Origin: a virus | DNA length: 64,000 nucleotides | IMG/VR virus record: IMGVR_UViG_3300001278_000001 | Span: 588 to 64,587 of that record | Strand: one strand, 5' to 3' | Shown: in pieces, positions 10,006 to 17,373 of the stretch | Position numbering within the stretch: the stretch's first letter is position 1 | Layout of the letters: every line of letters starts with the position of its first letter | Position numbers and translations under genes: made by a program | The notes under the pieces: generated by a model | Seen by the model: the letters and a program-made list of their open reading frames with translations, nothing else | What the model was told of the DNA's origin: nothing | Database searches by the model: none

Positions 10006-10036
10006 TTTCTAAATATTTATTTGTTTTATTTTTTTG

Positions 10037-10216
10037 TAGTACTGGCAGGAATCGAACCTGCTTGATTGGAGTTTAATCTATTGAATATTTAAGTTTTTAA
10101 TCTGATAACACCTTTAGGCTATTCACGACAGTAATCGAATCTTTTACTAATATTTAACCATTAAACCAACCTATAAGACATATCCACTTTTGCGTACACC
10201 ATTACACCACAGTACT
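10037..10216 (-). ncRNA. tRNA-like RNA with a 130-nt structured insert replacing the anticodon/variable region
   Basis: Acceptor AGTACTG/CAGTACT (7/7 WC), U8, D-arm GTGT-AATGGTGT-ACGC, T-arm GCAGG-TTCGATT-CCTGC, discriminator A. No CCA encoded and no canonical anticodon arm. Confidence 0.8.
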
Positions 10217-10219
10217 TTT

Positions 10220-10918
10220 TTACTTGTTTTTCAACTGAGTTATTCTCTCTGTAACTCCTTTGATTTGATTGGGGGTTAGTTGAAAAATTGCCAATGTTTT
10301 TGTTAAGTCTTCAACCGAAGCATCTTTGAGGGCTTTTTTGTATCTAGCATCAGTTAAAGGTTTTTTACCTGTTCCTGTTGATTTTTTAGGCTCTTCTTTT
10401 TTGGGTTGTTGTGATTGCTGTTGAGGTGGAACAGGTATGTCATTACTATGTTGCGGATCTGTATCATCAATTTTTCCCACAGGAGTAAGGAAAGTATAAA
10501 GTAAACAGTTTTTTAAAGCGTATGTAGTTGCTTTACCTGCTCCTTTGTCTTGAGGGTCTACACCGTGACCATAACCTGATAGTATTTGACTTTGACCGCT
10601 TTCGTGTAACAATAGATATTTTGTAGTTACTTTTGTAAACACACTTTGTTTAGTCTTTATTCCCTGAGATTGACCATTCCAAAATTGCTCTTCTTGCCAA
10701 CGGTCTATTTTTGTGCTTTCTTCAATATCTATAGGTAGAATACATAGACCGTTTTTAGCCATAGCCTCGTTAAAAACTTCTTTAACATCAGAATCCTTAG
10801 TTCCGTCGTACTGAGATTTTCCACTACCAACTTTACTGTTTTTCTCCATTCCTGTAACTTCCTTCATTACGGAAATTATGGCTTTAGCTAATTTGTCTTG
10901 ATTATTATTTTCCTTCAT
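10220..10918 (-). CDS. erf: ERF-family single-strand annealing protein
   Basis: KLAKAIISVMKEV, AMAKNGL, GYGHGVDPQDKGAGKATTYALKNCLLYTF...DDTD. Confidence 0.85.
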   Translation of the reverse strand: MKENNNQDKLAKAIISVMKEVTGMEKNSKVGSGKSQYDGTKDSDVKEVFNEAMAKNGLCILPIDIEESTKIDRWQEEQFWNGQSQGIKTKQSVFTKVTTKYLLLHESGQSQILSGYGHGVDPQDKGAGKATTYALKNCLLYTFLTPVGKIDDTDPQHSNDIPVPPQQQSQQPKKEEPKKSTGTGKKPLTDARYKKALKDASVEDLTKTLAIFQLTPNQIKGVTERITQLKNK

Positions 10919-12211
10919 TATAATAGGTATTTTAATTGTAGATATAAATTATTAGCAGTCTCCAAATAAGCTTCCTTTTTTACTGGATTATTAGTAGACT
11001 CTGAAATATTTAAGCATTTGTGAAAAAAATGTATCAGATCTGAAAAATCTTTACACTTATCGAAGTCTGATTGAATCCACAAGTAAATTAAGGGAAACTT
11101 CGGAAGTTCTAATTGAATATTCGCTATTGATCTTGGCATTTTTAGAGTGTTTTATTTTCTGATGTAAAGATAATTAAATATATCATATATGCAACTATAA
11201 GATACATTTATTTTAACTTTTGTTTGTTATTTTATTCTCTAAGTACTGATTTAGAGCGTCTTTCATCTCTGTTTTGAATATATCTGTATATGTTTGAGAG
11301 TGCTTTATTCTTTTCAGTTTGAATTTGAAATTAAAAAATTCTCCTGCGGAAACATTATACATCATTCGGCACTTAGGTTTAATTATTCTGTTTATCCTTA
11401 TGGTGCTTCCTAGATCGGTAACAATGTAGTTTCTAAACTTGTAATTTCGGGTGACAAAATGAACCTTCAGGAAATCTAATATATCGGAAATGTTTTTGTA
11501 TGTATTTGTTGAGTCGTCAAAAAGTATTCGGATAAATTCAGTTTCGATATTGGTGTTCATTGATATTTCATCAATAGTAATATCGTTCTCGATTATTATA
11601 TTCTTGGCTTCCTCGATAACGGTAACAAAATTTTTATACTTTTTCCTTTTTCCGTTCATATTCAATTAGGTTTATGGGTTCTCTAAGTTTAGATTCTAAT
11701 TCTATATATTTATTTACATCTTTAGTTTCGTAAAGAAATTCTTTGCAGAATTCTTTGTAATTTATTGGCTTATAGTTTTTTAAGAAAATAAACTGATCGA
11801 ACTCAAAATTAATAATGAAATTAAAAAGATCGATTATATCGTAAGATTTTACGATAATGTTATTTGATGTGATTAGTTTAAACAAACCTATATTCTTTTT
11901 TGGGTTATTTCTAAGAATTCTTGGTACTGATTTTTCAAATTCAACGATCTTAAGAAGTAAATTTTATTAGTTTCACCTTTTATCATAATAGATACTAGGT
12001 TAAATAATTTTTCTCGGTCAATGGCTTCTTTTTTTGAAGAATTGTAAAAGGTTCTGAGGAAAAATCTACGATCGACAATTTTGCATTTAGCACTATGGTC
12101 TATCGATCTTATTTTAGAATCTAAATTTTTGGTAACGAAATCGTAAATTTCGTTTAGTGATTTCGTTACCAAAATTCTTTCCTTTTTTTTAGATGTTACT
12201 ACCCAATACAT
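10918..12211 (-). CDS. Four hypothetical ORFs (10918-11139, 11213-11665, 11634-11885, 11888-12211)
   Basis: ORF track only. Confidence 0.55.
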
Positions 12212-12478
12212 TTATTGCTGAAATTTAGCTGTAGGCTTAAAAGTAACTTTTCTTTTAGGTGGAATTTCAATAGATCCTCCTGACTGAAAATCGTGACCTA
12301 TTTTACCTGCTCTTTCCTTGTTTTCGAATGTTCCGAAATTTCGGATAATTACCTTACCCTCAGGTTTATCCAATTCGCTGAACATTATTTCAAATGCAGA
12401 CTCAAGAGTAGTTCTAATTTCTTTTGGATCTTGTCCTGTTTTTTGGCTTACTTCTTCAATTAATTCTGATTTAATCAT
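12212..12478 (-). CDS. HU/IHF-family histone-like DNA-binding protein
   Basis: MIKSELIEEVSQKTG...VIIRNFGTFENKERAGKIGHDFQSGGSIEIPPKRKVTFKP. Confidence 0.92.
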   Translation of the reverse strand: MIKSELIEEVSQKTGQDPKEIRTTLESAFEIMFSELDKPEGKVIIRNFGTFENKERAGKIGHDFQSGGSIEIPPKRKVTFKPTAKFQQ

Positions 12479-12504
12479 CTTGTTTATTATTTAATGGTTA
12501 TTAA

Positions 12505-12885
12505 TTATTTACGTACTATGTAAATTTCGTTAGACAAAAATGCTTCATCGAAAAGAACAAAAAAATTATATTCGTTTTCTTTGAAATTCGCATACACTTT
12601 CTCGGCAACAACAATTAGTTTTTCTATTTTAAACCGCTTTTCGCTAAATGAGCTACCTAGTTTTTTTAATTCTTTAGGGGAGTTTTTTAGTGTTCGGGAG
12701 CAATGAATAAAATTAGCTTGGTAAGGTCTTTTGCTAAATTCTACATAGTCACCTACAAAAACTTTGAATCCTGTTTTGGTGATGTGTGTTTGCTTAACCT
12801 TGATTACCTGAGCATTGCATTGAATTATTGCGATAAATGTTAGTAGTAACACAGCTAGTAATAAATTTTTTCTTGAATTTTTCAT
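12505..12885 (-). CDS. Exported hypothetical protein
   Basis: Sec signal-like N-term MKNSRKNLLLAVLLLTFIAIIQCNA. Confidence 0.6.
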   Translation of the reverse strand: MKNSRKNLLLAVLLLTFIAIIQCNAQVIKVKQTHITKTGFKVFVGDYVEFSKRPYQANFIHCSRTLKNSPKELKKLGSSFSEKRFKIEKLIVVAEKVYANFKENEYNFFVLFDEAFLSNEIYIVRK

Positions 12886-12887
12886 AT

Positions 12888-13350
12888 TTAATCTCTGTTT
12901 AGGCAGGATTTACAATCCACCTTGTTAATATTATTTGTCATTTGTAGATTATCGGAAATTTTACCGCATCTACTTTCCGTCCAAACTTTTTTTGCATCTA
13001 CTATAGAGTAGCTTCCATAATGTGTTTTCATAGTTTCGCGGGATTATTGAATTGATTTAGTTACTTCGAGAATCCAAAAAAATAATTGAACAATAATCCA
13101 CGAAAAAGCGAAAATAAATGGCGAAAAAATTATTGGCAGTATTATATACCAGTACTTTATAATATATCTCATAGTTTCGCGGATTAATGAAAGTAACTTT
13201 TGTTTAGTTTAACATGCAGTCGGGCAAATAAAGCGTCCTTTTTATTAAGTGGTGTTTTCCGTTTTGATCTTCTTCGTATAAATCTAAAGAAGCGACAAAA
13301 GGGTTTACATAATTTGTTACAACTGTTTGTTTTGTCTTTTCTTTAGACAT
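12888..13350 (-). CDS. Three small ORFs below the track cutoff: 13204-13350 (48 aa), 13044-13172 (42 aa, hydrophobic) and 12888-13031 (47 aa, Cys-containing)
   Basis: Hand translation: MSKEKTKQ..., MRYIIKYWYIILPIIFSPFIFAFSW..., MKTHYGSY...CKSCLNRD. They fill the apparent gap in frame with operon packing. Confidence 0.6.
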
Positions 13351-13562
13351 TATTTTTTGTATTTAAAAATTGTTATTATACCTATTCCCGATCTTTTTTG
13401 TAAAACATTAAGCGAGTGACACAAGCAAAAAGCTTGTATTTGGAAAAGCTGAGTAGTTTTTATTTCTTTAGAATGAAATTTTACGCAATCTTTTTCAACT
13501 ACTGGACTAACTCCAAAAATTCTAATTAGTTCGATTCTTAAAAATTCTACATTTTTTTGCAT
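13350..13562 (-). CDS. Hypothetical early protein (first gene after pistol 1)
   Basis: ORF track. Confidence 0.6.
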   Translation of the reverse strand: MQKNVEFLRIELIRIFGVSPVVEKDCVKFHSKEIKTTQLFQIQAFCLCHSLNVLQKRSGIGIITIFKYKK

Positions 13563-13584
13563 TTTAATAATTTTTAAATGTTAA

Positions 13585-13650
13585 TAATACCCTGCGGAAA
13601 ACCGCAGACGCTTAGGGCTTAAATTACTTTTTATACTCGCCCTAACGAGT
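13585..13650 (-). ncRNA. Pistol self-cleaving ribozyme, copy 1
   Basis: ACTCG-TTAGGG-CGAGT ATAAAAAG TAAT TTAAG CCCTAA GCGT CTGCGG-TTTT-CCGCAG G GT ATTA: P1, pseudoknot TTAGGG/CCCTAA, P2 TAAT/ATTA, P3, GU cleavage site at 13590/13589. Confidence 0.93.
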
Positions 13651-13651
13651 G

Positions 13652-15447
13652 TTATTTGAATTCAACTATTTGCACATTTACGATTGAAAAAATATCTCTA
13701 TTTTCTCCAAAGTTTACAAAAATATCGCCTTCTTCATCTTGTTTAACTTTGTATTCGCTCCAATCATTGTTTAAAAGATACTCTAAAACTTGGCTTTTGT
13801 CATTGGTTAAAAATACTGGATAATCTTTTCGTCCGTTTCCTATGCTTACTACTGTTAATCCGTTCATTTTCTTTATTTTTTAAGGTTATTATTTATATTT
13901 CATCTATATAGATGTGGTTAATGTGTGAATTTATTTTTCTATTTATCTGAGATTTAGCCTTTTTTCGTGCTTCTGCTTTGCTTTTGGCTTTTACTTGAAT
14001 TTCCATTGAATAAAAATCAATGTCTACAGAATAGGTTTTATTTTCTTTTTTTGCCATAACTAATTATTTTTTTTATACCTACCTATTGCATAAGGCTCAA
14101 AATTAAATTCTCTGTGAACTAGAATGTATCGATAGTTTTCAAAATCATTTAAGTAGGTTGTGACTTTTTCCCAACGATTATTAATTACTTCTCGAAATTC
14201 TAAACCCTTATTTCTAGCATTTAATAAATTTTTAGCTGTCGGTTCGTCATTCATTTTATTAACTAATAAATTAAGTTTTTCGCCTTTTTTTATATTATGT
14301 TTTATTTTATTACTGTATGGCGTTGGTTGTCTGTCCTTGTATTGTTCTGATGTTTCCCAAAATTTCATATCTAATAAGATTTAATAGTTCTATTTAGTAT
14401 TTTTAAAACCTTCTTGGCTCTTTCTACCTCTTTAGGTTCTAAGTGATTGCCATTTAATAATTGTTTTATAATTTCTAAATCTTTCATAATTGTTTTTTTA
14501 TTGTTCGTTTTTCCAGTCTTCGTAATAACCTAAATACACCATACAAAAGTCAATTATTTCTTCTTTTTTTATGCTAAAAAAATTTAATTCTTTTATGTAT
14601 GTTTTTCTTGCTTCCTTCTCTAGTCTTTCAAATCTTTCATATTTTGGCTTAGTTCCGAAAAAACCAGTATTTTTAATGTCTAAAAAAATATCGTCTCTTA
14701 AATTTGCTAATTCTCTAGTGTTTTCAGTAAATAATATCAAATCATTTGAAGCGTGATATTTAGCACCTGTTTCGTAAGTTCCCATATAATTATATATTAT
14801 AAATTTTCTTTTTGAGTTTCCCAAAACTCCAAAAATTCAGGAGTATGACCATTAAGAGCTACGCAGTTATATTGCTCTAAGTCTTCAATGTCTTCAATTA
14901 TACATTTAGTAGATCCGCCATAATAATCCAAAGACGTAAACAAATCGAAGCTTCTTTTTTCTACTCTTCGCCTAGATATTTCTTTCATAGAAACACCTCC
15001 AAAATAATGGTGTTCGCTACTTGTCACACCTCTCATAGAATACCCTACAATATCATCAGAATAAAATTTAATAGGCATAGTTATACGTATATTAAAATCT
15101 TTTGCGGTATATTCAAGTATAACCCTACCACCTGTGTTAATATTACTTTCGGTAAGCAATAAATAAGGACTAAAATGTTTCTTTTTCCCTTTGTAGTCTA
15201 TATCCTTAGTTAGTCTAGTAGCAGGATATTTATTTGTTATTTCTTTTAATATGCTTGATATTTCCGAAATCTTAACTTTTTCTAAGTCGATAAATACAGT
15301 TGTATCTATATTATTAATGTTCACGAACATTTTTAAATTATAAGAAATACTACTTTGTATTTCCTGTTCCATTTCAAAAACTAACATTTCTTTAGCTTGT
15401 TTTTTCTTTAAAATTTCTAACGGTGTTAACTCTTTTGAATCTTGCAT
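13652..15447 (-). CDS. Cluster of early hypothetical ORFs (13652-13867, 13893-14057, 14060-14368, 14371-14487, 14498-14824, 14797-15447)
   Basis: ORF track plus two hand-translated small ORFs (MAKKENKT..., MKDLEIIK...). Confidence 0.6.
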
Positions 15448-15471
15448 AATTACATTTTTAGATTATTAATT

Positions 15472-15537
15472 TCTTACCCCTTACCGAAGTAAGGACGCTC
15501 TAAGCTTAAAAGACTTTTTTAAATCGCTTAGACGATT
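15472..15537 (-). ncRNA. Pistol self-cleaving ribozyme, copy 2
   Basis: AATCG-TCTAAG-CGATT TAAAAAAG TCTT TTAAG CTTAGA GCGT CCTTAC-TTCG-GTAAGG G GT AAGA: pseudoknot TCTAAG/CTTAGA, P2 TCTT/AAGA, cleavage at 15477/15476. Confidence 0.93.
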
Positions 15538-15667
15538 ATACACTATTTGCTTTTTTAATTGCGTAATACAATTTATTAATTTCTCGCTGTACTTCTGCTT
15601 TCTTAATCTTCCAATAATCCAGTTTAGATTCAAGCTCTTTTAATTCGGGGTTTATTTTTTTAGCCAT
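15536..15667 (-). CDS. 43-aa basic helical peptide (below track cutoff)
   Basis: MAKKINPELKELESKLDYWKIKKAEVQREINKLYYAIKKANSV*; its stop codon overlaps P1 of pistol 2. Confidence 0.6.
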   Translation of the reverse strand: MAKKINPELKELESKLDYWKIKKAEVQREINKLYYAIKKANSV

Positions 15668-15668
15668 A

Positions 15669-15932
15669 CTATTTAATTATTACGGTAACAGGAGACAAAC
15701 CTCTAACACGAACAATATATTTACCGCTTGGTAAATCTGACATATCAAATCGGTTATCGTGGCGTATAGTAATCAACTGACCGCTTACCGCATCCAGTAA
15801 ATAAGTTTTCACACTCTCAACCTTATTAATAATTATTTCTTTACCGTTTACAGAAACTAACGGCTTTACCTCTTTAGCGTTAATACTCAATGAAGACACA
15901 ACCAACGCCAATACTAATAATAAATTTTTCAT
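15669..15932 (-). CDS. Signal peptide plus a lone T9SS type-A C-terminal sorting domain (Por secretion tail-like)
   Basis: MKNLLLVLALVVSSLSINA signal; C-term FDMSDLPSGKYIVRV...VTVIIK matches the T9SS CTD pattern iD.s.L..G.Y.v.v.....k.iK. Confidence 0.68.
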   Translation of the reverse strand: MKNLLLVLALVVSSLSINAKEVKPLVSVNGKEIIINKVESVKTYLLDAVSGQLITIRHDNRFDMSDLPSGKYIVRVRGLSPVTVIIK

Positions 15933-15948
15933 AATACTTGTTTTATTT

Positions 15949-16013
15949 TCCTACCGTCCGAATTAACGGACACGCTTAGAGCTTAAAGGACTTTTTAACG
16001 TCGCTCTAACGAC
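15949..16013 (-). ncRNA. Pistol self-cleaving ribozyme, copy 3
   Basis: GTCG-TTAGAG-CGAC GTTAAAAAG TCCT TTAAG CTCTAA GCGT GTCCG-TTAATT-CGGAC G GT AGGA: pseudoknot TTAGAG/CTCTAA, P2 TCCT/AGGA, cleavage at 15954/15953. Confidence 0.92.
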
Positions 16014-16306
16014 TTAAGATTTACTATATAATTAAACACCGATTCGTGTAATTTTTCAATAGTTAAATCCGTACAAAAAACAGCATCAATCTCATCTATA
16101 TAAGATAAAAGATTTTCATTATTAGCGTCTTTAATTCTTACAACTACGGGAATCAACCAATCAAAACTATTGTGATACCGCAACATATCCTCATTAATTA
16201 CAGTTCCCAAAAACAAAACTGATTTTTTATTAAACCCCCAATTTATTTTATGCCCTTCAAATTCGGCAATTACTTTGTTTCTTTCTATTATCTCGTCTAA
16301 ACTCAT
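15995..16306 (-). CDS. Conserved Bacteroidota-phage hypothetical protein
   Basis: NKVIAEFEG...LRYHNSFDWLIPVVVRI motif; its last codons overlap pistol 3. Confidence 0.65.
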   Translation of the reverse strand: MSLDEIIERNKVIAEFEGHKINWGFNKKSVLFLGTVINEDMLRYHNSFDWLIPVVVRIKDANNENLLSYIDEIDAVFCTDLTIEKLHESVFNYIVNLKSLERR

Positions 16307-16310
16307 AATC

Positions 16311-16532
16311 CTAGTATTTACTAATTAAATCACATTCCATTGTATAAGCATCATACTTATACTTTTTTGTCACACCGTCAATTGTAGTAATAAACACATA
16401 TTGATCTGTAGGGATTTCCATTTCATCAACTGGCAATACTTTAATTGCGACAATATCCGAGTTAATACTATTTGTAAACCCTACACATAGAGTAAACACA
16501 AACCCAACAACTAACATTAATAAATTTTTCAT
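16311..16532 (-). CDS. Small exported protein, first gene of the leftward arm
   Basis: Signal-like MKNLLMLVVGFVFTLCVG. Confidence 0.6.
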   Translation of the reverse strand: MKNLLMLVVGFVFTLCVGFTNSINSDIVAIKVLPVDEMEIPTDQYVFITTIDGVTKKYKYDAYTMECDLISKY

Positions 16533-17373
16533 CTTCTTTGTTTTATTATTTCTATACTGCTAATATACAACTATTAGTTACATATACTACTATAAATATG
16601 AATAAAAATAGTAAATAGTATCTATTTATAATCATTCTAAGTAACAGGGGATTAGTATATACTTCACACCACAGAAATACAAAATGCATAGTACAACTAA
16701 ATATACCCCAAAGGAACTACAACGCATATACAACATAGATAGTACAACATAAACACACAACTACTACAAATACATAGTACATCATTACTTATGATTTAGT
16801 TATTATTTTTTTTGTTACAAGGGCTTAGATCAAATAAACACTTAAATATCAATGTTTTAGCGAAAAACTGTCAGCGTATACGGATAAATGTACAGGATAG
16901 TTTTAAATACGCTCAGCATTTGGCGTTCGTTGGGTGAATTTTACCTATATGGAGAGTATATAGAGAAAACAGAGTACACCAACAGATGTATTATTGAAAA
17001 GTAGTATAAAAGTGAATACGCAAAATAAGCCCTTCTAAGAAAGCTAAAAGTTTTTGACATACAAATACATTAGGAAGGGGGTGTGGGTTCAGGAAAACGT
17101 ATTGCCCTAGCTAAATTATACGCATATATCGCCTACTAAGCCTAGACATATAATTGAATACATATAACACAAAAAAGTATCTCTACAGAGAGGATATACA
17201 TATAAATACAAACCATAAATAGCTGTTAAGCTCAGTGTTTTGGATATATATTACTGATTGTTAGCGATTAATAATTTAAAATAGTTCACATTATATGTGT
17301 GATATATTGTCATTATTACACTATTTTCTACATTTAAAGTGATATATTTGTAAAAAGAATAATAAGGGAATAA
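16533..17373. other. 840-bp non-coding divergence region (candidate genome terminus/packaging or origin region)
   Basis: No ORF; transcription switches direction; C/A-rich G-poor tract at ~16660-16785 with repeated ATAGTACA; G-rich GGAAGGGGGTGTGGG at ~17073-17087. Confidence 0.5.
17330..17350 (+). promoter_or_regulatory. TATATTTG promoter with adjacent ACATTTAAAGTGA box
   Basis: TAnnTTTG at 17343-17350; the box is repeated at 18077-18089. Confidence 0.55.

Noticed and set aside
10006-10036. Theta (HDV-like) ribozyme at the 3' trailer of the tRNA-like RNA
   Set aside because: The trailer is 31 nt of almost pure A/T with no nested double pseudoknot
10037-10216. Ordinary tRNA, intron-containing tRNA or canonical tmRNA
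   Set aside because: No 7-nt anticodon loop with U33/R37 can be formed or restored by an obvious splice. 130 nt is too short for a group I intron. There is no G3.U70, no ALAA-type tag and a D-stem is present.
13029-13186. Hammerhead ribozyme suggested by GCGAAAC
   Set aside because: No CUGANGA core or three-stem junction nearby; the motif runs directly into start codons
13585-16013. CRISPR-like or REP-like repeat family for the three conserved intergenic elements
   Set aside because: Primary sequence varies while pairing is conserved, spacing is by whole genes, and there are no cas genes; explained by the pistol fold
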